Source of the DNA: an uncultured Actinomycetes bacterium
Lineage (GTDB): Bacteria > Actinomycetota > Actinomycetes > S36-B12 > UBA10799
Reading direction: 5' to 3'
NCBI GenBank assembly: GCA_964547485.1
Contig: CAZJNU010000006.1
Span: forward strand, 1,863-65,862
Length of the DNA: 64,000 nucleotides
The number at the start of each line of letters is the position of its first letter. Position 1 is the stretch's first letter. Of the stretch, positions 12,190 through 21,577 are shown one piece after another. The notes under the pieces were generated by a model. It did not search any database. It was given only the letters and a program-made list of their open reading frames with translations, and had not been told where the DNA came from. The position numbers and the translations under genes are program-made.

Positions 12190-12339
12190 CCAGAGGGCGA
12201 TGGAACACGCCGCCGGAACGCGATGGGAGGCCGCCAGAACGCGATGGGAGGCCGCCGGAACGCGATGGGAGGCCACCGGAGCGCGATGGGAGGCCACCGG
12301 AGCGCGATAGAACGCTGCCGGAACGCGATGGGAGGCCAC
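12190..12339. repeat. 21-bp tandem repeat, about 7 copies (minisatellite)
   Basis: The unit CGCCGGAACGCGATGGGAGGC starts at 12211, 12232, 12253, 12274, 12295 and 12316. A degenerate copy lies at 12190. Copies 0 and 5 share a GCGAT(G/A)GAAC variant. Confidence 0.9.
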
Positions 12340-12426
12340 TGCGGGTGCATTCGCCGGGTCCTGCCGGATCGAATGCGGTTGGGCTGACCCCTCACAGTCG
12401 TGTCGTGGACCTCATAGTCTGGGGTC

Positions 12427-13104
12427 GTGCCAAACCAACCTTCCCGCCACGCCCAGCCAGGCCGCGCGGGTCCGGGGGCAGAGACGGCGGCAACCACAAC
12501 ACAGGCCGCCGGCCGGGGGTCGGGATCCGCACCGCGGGTGCGGGTGGTGGTGGCCGAGGATGAGGCGCTGATCAGGATGGACCTAGTCGAGATGCTCGCC
12601 GAGGAGGGCTACGAAGTCGTCGGTCAGGCGGCGACGGGGGAGGCAGCGGTGGCGTTGGTGGAGCGGCTGCGGCCCGACGTCGTGCTGCTCGACGTACGGA
12701 TGCCCGTGATGGACGGAATCACCGCGGCCGAAGCCATCACCGCTCGACATGGGTGTGCGATCGTCATGCTGACCGCCTTCAGTGAACGCGAACTCGTGGA
12801 GCGCGCCGCGGAGGCGGGAGCGGCGGCGTACCTCGTGAAGCCAGTTTCGGCGGTGCACCTGATCCCGGCGATCGAGGTCGCGCGCGCGCGGCGGTCGGAG
12901 GCGGCTGCGCTCTCGGCTGAGGTAGAGACGCTCGAGCTGCGCCTTGCGGCGCGGAAGGTCATCGAGCGGGCCAAGGGGATCCTCATGCGGGACTTTGGCC
13001 TCGACGAGGCTGGCGCGTTCGCGTGGTTGCGTCGGGAAGCGATGGACCGCCGAATGTCGATGGCCGACGTTGCAGAGGTTGTCACGCGAGACGACAACGC
13101 CTGA
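12427..13104 (+). CDS. pdtaR: ANTAR-domain response regulator (PdtaR-like)
   Basis: Receiver RVVVAEDEALIRMDLVEMLAEEGYEVVG...VLLDVRMPVMDG, plus C-terminal ANTAR KVIERAKGILMRDFGLDEAGAFAWLRREAMDRRMSMADVA. The start codon is uncertain and may be downstream of 12427. Confidence 0.85.
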   Translation: MPNQPSRHAQPGRAGPGAETAATTTQAAGRGSGSAPRVRVVVAEDEALIRMDLVEMLAEEGYEVVGQAATGEAAVALVERLRPDVVLLDVRMPVMDGITAAEAITARHGCAIVMLTAFSERELVERAAEAGAAAYLVKPVSAVHLIPAIEVARARRSEAAALSAEVETLELRLAARKVIERAKGILMRDFGLDEAGAFAWLRREAMDRRMSMADVAEVVTRDDNA

Positions 13105-13231
13105 TTGGCCGTCGCTGCGGGCGAGCCCAAACGTGACACGCCGGTGAACATGCGGCAAATACTCCCGAGGTCCACTATTTTCAAGCAGAACCGCTGAAGC
13201 GTCGGCGGAACCCCCTACGAAGGAGTCGCAC

Positions 13232-14542
<1,311 letters not shown>

Positions 14543-14551
14543 TCCGTTCTG

Positions 14552-14592
14552 GTCGAAGGTCCCGAGCCCCAGGTGGGTTCGGGACCTTCGAC
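14552..14592 (+). terminator. intrinsic-terminator-like hairpin after the binding-protein gene
   Basis: Perfect 14-bp stem GTCGAAGGTCCCGA / TCGGGACCTTCGAC with a 13-nt loop, 10 nt after the stop. The only U tract is a short GTT. Confidence 0.6.
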
Positions 14593-14684
14593 GTTGCCGC
14601 GGGTTACGCGGCGCGAACTCGCCACCGGCGACCGTCTGCGGAAAGTTCCGCCGACGCCGGTCCCGAGGGCAGTAGCGTGGCGCC

Positions 14685-15722
14685 ATGAGTGATGATTCCA
14701 CAGCCACTGACGAGGTCACGTCTCCAACCGGCGCCCGCCGTGACGGTCTGCGCGAGGCTTCCAGCGCCGCGGACGCTCGCCGGAGATTGGTGCTGACCGA
14801 GGGCGACGCGGTTGCCCGCGCAACGGGATACCCGGGGCGTTACCTGCGGGAGCGACTGGAATTCGCGGATCCCAAATTCGAATACCGGCGACTCTTCTCG
14901 GAGTTCTACGGCACCTTCCTGCTTGTTTTGGTGGCCGTCGGTGGTGGAATGGTGAACGCCAAGTTTGGCGGCAGCGTGATACCGCTGGCCGTCGCCGTCA
15001 CGGCCCCTGCGTTGATGGTCGGAGCGATCATCCTGTTCATGGGATCGGTGTCAGGCGCTCACCTGAATCCGGGTGTCAGCCTGGCATTTGCGATGCGAGG
15101 CGACTTCCCCTGGGCTCGCGTGCCGGGGTACATCATCGTGCAGTTCCTTGGGGCGATGGCCGCGACCGGCCTGCTCATCCTGCTGATCGGGAAGCAGGGG
15201 GCGGCTGGGCTCACACTGCCGGGCCCGGGCATCTCACCGACGACCGCCATGCTGTGGGAAGCCCTGCTGACCTGCGGGTTGGTCAGTGTCATCCTCGGCT
15301 CGTCGTCGGGCGCGCAGAGCGTGGGTCCGCTGGCGGCCATCGCGGTGGTCAGCTACATCGCCCTCGCGGGGATGTGGGGAGCGCCGGTGTCGGGTGCGTC
15401 GATGAATGGGGCGCGCTCGCTGGGTCCGGCGATTGTGTTGGGCAACTTCACAGCATGGTGGGCCTACCTGTTGGGGCCACTGCTGGGGGCGCTAATTGCC
15501 GTCGGGATCGCGTATATCCTGCGGGGCCGCGGCGGCGGCTACTACGGCAAGAAGGCGGCTGAGGGGTCGTTAGGCTGGCTCTGGCAACCCGGTCCGATGG
15601 CGGCCAAGCACGGCCAGAGCCAGCGGCCGGTGGCCGCGGCATCGGCACCGGGGGCTGCCGCGACGCCCTCGGCGGCCGAACAGGCGGCGTCGCAAGCGCC
15701 AACGACGTCTGCGTCTGACTAG
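14685..15722 (+). CDS. MIP/aquaporin-family channel with non-canonical NPA boxes
   Basis: SGAHLNPGVSLAFA and GASMNGARSLGPA align to the two NPA boxes. Six predicted hydrophobic helices. About 70-aa N-terminal and Ala/Pro-rich C-terminal extensions. Confidence 0.82.
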   Translation: MSDDSTATDEVTSPTGARRDGLREASSAADARRRLVLTEGDAVARATGYPGRYLRERLEFADPKFEYRRLFSEFYGTFLLVLVAVGGGMVNAKFGGSVIPLAVAVTAPALMVGAIILFMGSVSGAHLNPGVSLAFAMRGDFPWARVPGYIIVQFLGAMAATGLLILLIGKQGAAGLTLPGPGISPTTAMLWEALLTCGLVSVILGSSSGAQSVGPLAAIAVVSYIALAGMWGAPVSGASMNGARSLGPAIVLGNFTAWWAYLLGPLLGALIAVGIAYILRGRGGGYYGKKAAEGSLGWLWQPGPMAAKHGQSQRPVAAASAPGAAATPSAAEQAASQAPTTSASD

Positions 15723-15808
15723 ACGCATCGTGGGGAGGGACAGCCCCGCGTCGGCCGCCCTGATCTCACCCCTCCAGTGATCCGGCTATACCGAGTTAAA
15801 CTCGTCCC

Positions 15809-16141
15809 GTGAAGGCAGCGATTTCGGTGCCGGACGCCACTCTTGAACGTGCTGAACAGAAGGCGCACGACTTGGGCTGGACCCGATCTGAGTTCTACTC
15901 GACCGCGGCCGAGCGGTTCATCGATCAGATCGAACGGGAAGACCTAGCAGTCGACAGCGATGCGGCCGTAGACAATGTCCTTCTTCCCAAGGAAACTGCG
16001 GGCCTGCCCGCTGATTCCGTCGTCAACGTCACCGCGATCGTCACGCTCGACAAAGCGGACTGCAGGCAAGTCGCCGGCACCGTGCCTGCGCATCTGATGA
16101 GCACTGTCGATGAGGGCTTGCGATCCGTGATGGGCCTTTGA
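15809..16141 (+). pseudogene. in-frame fusion remnant of an RHH antitoxin (N-terminal part) and a MazF/PemK toxin (C-terminal part)
   Basis: MKAAISVPDATLERAEQKAHDLGWTRSEFYSTAAERFI is RHH-antitoxin-like. VLLPKETAGLPADSVVNVTAIVTLDKADC..VAGTVPAHLMSTVDEGLRSVMGL matches only the C-terminal half of MazF. Confidence 0.6.
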
Positions 16142-16160
16142 CACCTGCTCGCACCTCGTG

Positions 16161-16424
16161 CTACTCGTAGTGGTAGCGCAGCGCAGCTATGTCGAGGTCG
16201 TCGCCATGGACCAGATAGACCATCCGGTGCTCATCTGTGATCCGCCGAGACCAAGCCCCCGCCAGGGTGAACCGGAGCGGCTCTGGCTTCCCGATACCTT
16301 CGAACGGATCGCGCCGAGCGGCTTCGATGAGTCGGTTGATCCGCTTCAACACGGCGCGGTCTTCCCGCTGCCACCACAGGTAGTCATCCCATGCTTGGTC
16401 CGAGAAGATCAGTCGACTGGCCAT
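16161..16424 (-). CDS. yoeB: YoeB/Txe-family toxin
   Basis: LIFSDQAWDDYLWWQREDRAVLKRINRLIEAARRDPFEGIGKPEPL...RRITDEHRMVY...RYHY, 87 aa. Confidence 0.9.
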   Translation of the reverse strand: MASRLIFSDQAWDDYLWWQREDRAVLKRINRLIEAARRDPFEGIGKPEPLRFTLAGAWSRRITDEHRMVYLVHGDDLDIAALRYHYE

Positions 16425-16666
16425 ATGAGCTCTCGCTCGCGACCTCTTCCCGCAGCCAGTGCCTCCAGCGACTCAGTCAGTCTCTTCGCGTTCGCGGGTA
16501 CCCGTAGCAGGTGGGACGTCTCCTGCAGCGCCCGATACTCGGAAGCGGAGATCAACACTGCGTCGCCGCGCTTGGACAGAATCTCCACGGCTTCGCAGTT
16601 CTCATTGACCTGCTCGATCAATCCGAACAGAGTGCGCCTCGCCTCGGTGGCAGTGATGGCCGTCAT
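16409..16666 (-). CDS. yefM: Phd/YefM-family antitoxin
   Basis: MTAITATEARRTLFGLIEQVNENCEAVEILSKRGDAVLISASEYRALQETSHLL. Overlaps the yoeB start by 16 nt. Confidence 0.88.
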   Translation of the reverse strand: MTAITATEARRTLFGLIEQVNENCEAVEILSKRGDAVLISASEYRALQETSHLLRVPANAKRLTESLEALAAGRGRERELIWPVD

Positions 16667-16734
16667 GTCTGAAACGTACCACATCATGTACGTTTCGAGT
16701 TCGCGGGATTGGCGCCTGACGCGGTCTCACGGGG

Positions 16735-17150
16735 CTACCCCCCCTGGGCATTGCGGATGGCTTGAATCGCAGCAGCGCAAGAGCCGCGGGAGCGGAGACC
16801 CCATCGACATCGCGGAGGGGGGTCATCGACGCCGTCGGCCGCACACCCACCGAGTCTGGCGGACAGCAACGCGCGTCTGAGGTCCTCATCGCCCGGGGTG
16901 CTGGAGGGTCCGCTGGCGGTCCGGTAGAGGCGGCACGCCAAGCCCACCGGGGTGTCCGGCCTGGCGAAAGGGCCCACTCGTTCACGTGAAGCGAGGGCGA
17001 TCCGTGGAACTCGAGATCCAGCGCCGACTCGGGAGTTTCCACTAGGACCGAGGTCCAGGTGAAGTTCAGCTCGGTGGCGAGGCGATCGAGCTGGTCCGCC
17101 ATTGCCTGCCAGTTCGGGCAGCCACGAAAGTAGAGGAGTTCGACCTTCAT
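16735..17150 (-). pseudogene. frameshifted thioredoxin-like DUF2703-type gene
   Basis: MKVELLYFRGCPNWQ...LEFHGSPSLHVNE in one frame continues as PFARPDTPVGLACRLYRTASGPSSTPGDEDLRRAL in another. The frame switch is near 16975-16985. Confidence 0.5.
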
Positions 17151-17225
17151 GGTCGCGATGATAGGACGTCCGGCGACCCAGGCCGCAACCCATTCATCCC
17201 GCTTGGGCACGGTTATACTGGTGGT

Positions 17226-17456
17226 ATGACTTCTCGTGTTGGAGCCAAGGGTCAGGTGGTTATCCCGAAAGAACTGCGGGATCGGCTCGGCATCCAGCCG
17301 GGAGATCGGATGGACTTCTGGCTTGACGGCGATCATGTCGCAGGCCAGAAGTCGGGAGCGGCAACTCCGCTGCGTGGGCGATTCAGGGGGCGGTCACTCA
17401 CCACTGATCTGGCAGCGGAGCGTGCCCGTGAGCGCATCGCTGAGGACGAGCGTTGA
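17226..17456 (+). CDS. vapB: AbrB/SpoVT-family antitoxin (VapB-like)
   Basis: GAKGQVVIPKELRDRLGIQPGDRMDF looped-hinge-helix motif. Immediately upstream of the PIN gene and overlapping it. Confidence 0.8.
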   Translation: MTSRVGAKGQVVIPKELRDRLGIQPGDRMDFWLDGDHVAGQKSGAATPLRGRFRGRSLTTDLAAERARERIAEDER

Positions 17457-17857
17457 GTCACCGGATGGCACTTGATTCCTGGGCGATCCTCAACCTGCTG
17501 GACGACGGCCCGAATGCCGATTTGGTCGACGCGGCAGTTGAATCCGGCGACGCCGTCATGTCGTGGATCAACCTGGGAGAGGTCGCCTACATCGTGACCC
17601 GCAGTCAAGGCGAAGGCGCGGCCCACGCTGTGGTGGCTGACGTCCGCTCTGGCGTTGACGTCCAACTGCCGGACGCACCACTCGTGCTCGCCGCTGCCAG
17701 GATCAAAGCTGGAATCCCGATGGCGTACGCCGACGCGTTCGCGGCCGCGACCGCCGTGCGATACGACGCCGCGCTCATGACGGGTGACCCCGAACTGCTG
17801 GTCAGACCCAACAAGCGCACAAAGATCAAACCCTGGCGTTGGGTTGACCTGCGCTGA
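17453..17857 (+). CDS. vapC: PIN-domain toxin (VapC-like)
   Basis: ALDSWAIL...NLGEV...YADAFAAATA...LMTGDPEL acidic-residue pattern of PIN domains. Start is TTG at 17453 or ATG at 17465. Confidence 0.82.
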   Translation: MSHRMALDSWAILNLLDDGPNADLVDAAVESGDAVMSWINLGEVAYIVTRSQGEGAAHAVVADVRSGVDVQLPDAPLVLAAARIKAGIPMAYADAFAAATAVRYDAALMTGDPELLVRPNKRTKIKPWRWVDLR

Positions 17858-18052
17858 AACAGGGGGCGGCGCGGGTGACCCAGGTATGAAAAGCGCGAAG
17901 CCCGCAATGCCAACCGTCCGGAAGGCTCGCGGGCTCGCTTCGCAGGGCTCATGCCCCTGGCGCTAAGAAATATAGAGGTCCGCGCCGATATTTACCAACT
18001 CATTGTGCTGGCGGGATGTCCCGCATCCGCCGCCTGGCTGCGGCAGGGCCTC

Positions 18053-18376
18053 CTATGGGTTTCGGAAGACGGAGTGGTCGCCGATGCGGCGCCACCGGCA
18101 GTGCCACTCGCCATCGATGTTGACAAGTTGGAAAGTGGCGCGGCCATCGGGTGACGCAGAACTCCAGGTCATCTCACGGATGCCGGGCGTGCGTGCCATC
18201 GCGGAGACTCTGAGGCTCGCTGGCCATGAGTAAGGTCGGCCATCGTGCGCCTTGGCGGCCCACTCGTCACATGCCGGGGAGAACTTGTCCCGGACCACGG
18301 CACGGAACTGATCCTGATGTTCCGGTTTGAGTCGGCGGTAATCACTGTCGAAAGCGGGCGTGGTGTCGAATTTCAC
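18053..18376 (-). CDS. putative RelE/ParE-superfamily-like toxin
   Basis: The GTG at 18376 overlaps the upstream antitoxin stop (GTGA). 108 aa: VKFDTTPAFDSDYRRLKPEHQDQF...PASLRV...GIREMTWS..PDGRATF...RRIGDHSVF. Family assignment is tentative. Confidence 0.5.
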   Translation of the reverse strand: MKFDTTPAFDSDYRRLKPEHQDQFRAVVRDKFSPACDEWAAKAHDGRPYSWPASLRVSAMARTPGIREMTWSSASPDGRATFQLVNIDGEWHCRWRRIGDHSVFRNP

Positions 18377-18690
18377 CTGTCGGTGGAGATCTGGTCGAGA
18401 TGAAGTAGAAAGTCCTCGGCGGAGTCGTGGACTTTCACTTGACCAGCGGCGACGTGTCGATCGACTTGCTGCTCGCGGGCTTGCCAGGCAGGCTGCCAGA
18501 ACCACGTTTGGGGTGTGGGTATGGCCGTGTGCGGGCGTATCTCAATGACGCCGTCATCCCTTTCGGTGATCTCCACCTGCGCACCGGGCTCGTCCAGTCC
18601 GCATTTCTTACGCAGGGCGCTGGGCAGCGCCAACAACCCGCGTGATTGTAATGCGACGAACTCGTGGGACAGTTCAACGGCCTCGCTCAT
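18373..18690 (-). CDS. AbrB/MazE/SpoVT-family antitoxin
   Basis: LQSRGLLALPSALRKKCGLDEPGAQVEITERDDGVIEIRP motif. Translationally coupled to the downstream small toxin-like gene. Confidence 0.72.
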   Translation of the reverse strand: MSEAVELSHEFVALQSRGLLALPSALRKKCGLDEPGAQVEITERDDGVIEIRPHTAIPTPQTWFWQPAWQAREQQVDRHVAAGQVKVHDSAEDFLLHLDQISTDR

Positions 18691-18750
18691 GACAGCAGTA
18701 TGGGCCGTAATCCAGCGTCCCTGCAGTGCAGCCCCGCCGGCCCCATCGCG

Positions 18751-19602
18751 TCAGGTCTTGGCGAGGGTGCCGAGGTAGAGCTCGATCACCTTTGGGTCGT
18801 TGGCGAGCGCCGCGCCGGTGCCGGTGTAGGCGTTGCGACCCTGATCTAGGACGTAGCCTCGGTCGACGATCTGCAGACAGCGGGCCGCGTTCTGCTCGAC
18901 CATGATCACGGTCACGCCAGCCTTGTTGATCTCCCTGACCCGCACGAAAGCGTCGTCGGTCAACACGGGGGAGAGGCCGGCGCTGGGTTCGTCGAGCAGC
19001 AGCACGGCCGGATCCATCATCAGCGCGCGTCCCATCGCGACCATCTGACGTTCCCCACCAGAGAGGCTGCCGGCACGCTGCTTGCGACGGTCGGACAATG
19101 CCGGGAACAGTCCCGACACGAACTCGAACCGCTCAGTAAACACCTTGGGTCGCTGGTAGCAGCCCATCTGCAGGTTTTCCTCGATCGTCAACGACGGGAA
19201 GACGTTGTTGGTCTGCGGGACGAAGCCGATACCGCGCTGCACCAACTGGTCGGCCCGCATGTTGGTGATGTCGTCACCGCCTAGGGTGACCTTGCCGGCA
19301 CTCACTTTGACGAGCCCGAACAGCGCCTTCAGCAGGGTGGACTTCCCGGCGCCGTTGGGTCCGATGATCCCGACCAACTCGCCCTGCTGGGCGTACAGGT
19401 CGGCCCCGTTGACGATGTTCACACCGGGGATGTAGCCGGCGACGACCTCGTCCATCCGGACCACCGCGCCGGAGGCGGCGTTCAGGTGGGCGCCGCGGTC
19501 CTGGTGCGCGGTGGAAGCGTGATGGTGACCGCCGCGTTGCGCTGCGTCCAGATCGATTTCGCGCTCGAACTCCCCGGCGTCGTCGGGGGAGACCTCCACC
19601 AT
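18751..19602 (-). CDS. livF: ABC transporter ATP-binding protein (LivF-like)
   Basis: Walker A GPNGAGKST, signature LSGGERQM, Walker B LLLDEPS. The true start may be the internal MDEVVAGYIPG. Confidence 0.9.
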   Translation of the reverse strand: MVEVSPDDAGEFEREIDLDAAQRGGHHHASTAHQDRGAHLNAASGAVVRMDEVVAGYIPGVNIVNGADLYAQQGELVGIIGPNGAGKSTLLKALFGLVKVSAGKVTLGGDDITNMRADQLVQRGIGFVPQTNNVFPSLTIEENLQMGCYQRPKVFTERFEFVSGLFPALSDRRKQRAGSLSGGERQMVAMGRALMMDPAVLLLDEPSAGLSPVLTDDAFVRVREINKAGVTVIMVEQNAARCLQIVDRGYVLDQGRNAYTGTGAALANDPKVIELYLGTLAKT

Positions 19603-19604
19603 GG

Positions 19605-20591
19605 CTACTCCATCTCCGTGTAGCTCAGCGCTTCACCAGTCGCAGTCAGCGCCTTGTCGTGGTGGGCGCCGAGGTAGGCCTCGATGACCGCCGGATTGGC
19701 CATCACCGCCTCGGGTGGCCCCTCGGCGATCACCCGACCCTGACCCATCACGATCACCCAGTCACTGATGTCACGGACTACGTCCATGTCGTGCTCGACG
19801 AAGACCACCGACATACCCTGCTCGCGCAGATCCTTGATGTGACCCAGCAGCGACTGGGTGAGGGCCGGATTGACCCCGGCCATCGGCTCGTCGAGCATCA
19901 CCAGATCGGGGTCGCTCATCAGCGCCCGGGCCATCTCCAGCAGTTTCCGCTGGCCGCCAGAGAGGGACCCGGCGAAGTCTGTCCGCTTGGCGTCGAGCTG
20001 GAACCGGGTGAGCAGACCGTCGGCCTTGGCCTCGATCGACGACTCCTGGGAACGCCAGAACGCCGGGATGAGGGCGGCCAGAAATCGCTCACCGGTCTGG
20101 CCGGTGGCGCCAAGGCACATGTTGTCGATCACCTTCAGGCGGCTAAGGGCCTTGGTCAACTGGAAGGTGCGCACCATTCCCAACCGCGCCACCTTGTAGG
20201 CGGGCTTCCCGGCGAGTTCGATGTTGTTGAAACGCCACTGGCCCTCCTGCGGCTGGTCGAAGCCGGTCAGCAGGTTGAAGAAGGTGGTCTTACCGGCGCC
20301 GTTGGGTCCGACCAGGGCGGTGATGGCGCCGCGCTGGATCTCGACGTGCTCGACGTCGACCGCGACCAACCCGCCGAATCGGCGGACGACGCCGTCGGCG
20401 ATCAGGATGGCGTCGGGCTTGGCGACGCCCGGCTCGTGCGCGACCCCCGCGAGGGCCACCATCGCGCGTCGTTTGCCGGCCGGCAACTCACCGGGTGCGA
20501 CCGGGCTGCCGGGCAGGGGCGTGCCGACCGCAGGAGCAGCAGCGTCAGCCGCAGACGCGCGCGGCGACACCGGCACGGGGCTATCGGGCAT
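19605..20591 (-). CDS. livG: ABC transporter ATP-binding protein (LivG-like) with Pro/Ala-rich N-terminal extension
   Basis: GPNGAGKTT, LSGGQRKLLEMARAL, VMLDEPMAG and a C-terminal LivG-type motif AYLG. Confidence 0.9.
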   Translation of the reverse strand: MPDSPVPVSPRASAADAAAPAVGTPLPGSPVAPGELPAGKRRAMVALAGVAHEPGVAKPDAILIADGVVRRFGGLVAVDVEHVEIQRGAITALVGPNGAGKTTFFNLLTGFDQPQEGQWRFNNIELAGKPAYKVARLGMVRTFQLTKALSRLKVIDNMCLGATGQTGERFLAALIPAFWRSQESSIEAKADGLLTRFQLDAKRTDFAGSLSGGQRKLLEMARALMSDPDLVMLDEPMAGVNPALTQSLLGHIKDLREQGMSVVFVEHDMDVVRDISDWVIVMGQGRVIAEGPPEAVMANPAVIEAYLGAHHDKALTATGEALSYTEME

Positions 20592-21564
20592 CGAGCGCCA
20601 ACTCCTTCTTGTCGCCGAGGATCCCTTGCGGCCGATAGATCATCAGCAGCATCAGCGAGGCCCCGAGGATCCAGTAGCGCACCTGACCGACCTGGTCGCT
20701 GCGGATGAAGCTGATGGTGCCATCCTGCACAGCCCCGGCCAACGCGCCGTCGATGAACACCAGCAGGAACCAGAACACGATTGCGCCGAGCACCGGCCCG
20801 AGCACCCGGCCGGCACCACCCAGGATCAGCACCGCGTAGGCAAAGAAGGTCAGGTCGGTGGCGAAGAAGTCCGGTTGCACCGACTGGAACGCGACCGCGG
20901 CGACGAAGCCACCGAAGCAGCCGAGCACGCCGCCCAAGATCAGCGATTGCATCTTGTAGAAGTAGACGTTCTTGCCGAGGCTGCGGACCGCGTCCTCGTC
21001 TTCCCGGATTGCCTTGATCACGCGACCCCACGGGGCACGCATCAGCAGGAACACGAGAACGCAGCAGGCAGCCACCAGCAGCCAGCCGATGGTGACGACC
21101 CACAGATCGTTCGCGCTGAGGTCGATCGGACCCATTTTCAGCGGCTGCGAATACGGCGACAATTCGTAGAACTCGTCGGCGAACTTGTTGAGGCCGTCGG
21201 ACCCACCGAAGATCTCCCGGAAGGTCACCGAGCGCACCAACAACCGGATGATCTCGGCTGCGGCGATGGTGACGATCGCCAGGTAGTCGGCCCGCAGTCG
21301 GAGCGTCGGCAGACCGAGCAGCAGCGCCAACAGCACGGCGGCGACGATGCCGACGATGATGCCGATCCAGAGCGGCAACCCGAGGAAGACGATGGTGACG
21401 CCGAGGCCATAGGCGGCAACCGCGAGGAAGCCTGCCTGCCCGAAGTTGAGCAGGCCTGTATACCCGAAGTGCACGTTCAGGCCGATCGCAGCCAGCGCGA
21501 AGATCACCGCCTGCACACCCAAGCCCTGGGTGATGGCCTGGCTGAAGATGTTTCCCCAGTCCAT
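20581..21564 (-). CDS. livM: ABC transporter permease (LivM-like)
   Basis: Multi-TM protein with GYTGLLNFGQAGFLAVAAY. Overlaps the livG start. Confidence 0.9.
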   Translation of the reverse strand: MDWGNIFSQAITQGLGVQAVIFALAAIGLNVHFGYTGLLNFGQAGFLAVAAYGLGVTIVFLGLPLWIGIIVGIVAAVLLALLLGLPTLRLRADYLAIVTIAAAEIIRLLVRSVTFREIFGGSDGLNKFADEFYELSPYSQPLKMGPIDLSANDLWVVTIGWLLVAACCVLVFLLMRAPWGRVIKAIREDEDAVRSLGKNVYFYKMQSLILGGVLGCFGGFVAAVAFQSVQPDFFATDLTFFAYAVLILGGAGRVLGPVLGAIVFWFLLVFIDGALAGAVQDGTISFIRSDQVGQVRYWILGASLMLLMIYRPQGILGDKKELALDAR

Positions 21565-21577
21565 GTCCGCGCCCCCT

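Noticed and set aside
12190-12339. Possible CRISPR array
   Set aside because: The repeats are directly adjacent with no spacers, the unit is only 21 bp, and no cas genes are nearby. It is a minisatellite, not a CRISPR.
12171-12563. 130-aa ORF encoding PPERDGR heptapeptide repeats
   Set aside because: The frame is open only because the 21-bp repeat is a multiple of 3, and the opposite strand is open too. There is no RBS, and it runs into pdtaR out of frame. It is treated as non-coding tandem repeat.
17951-18154. 67-aa plus-strand ORF between vapC and the small toxin gene
   Set aside because: It has no motif and overlaps the 3' end of the better-supported minus-strand toxin gene.
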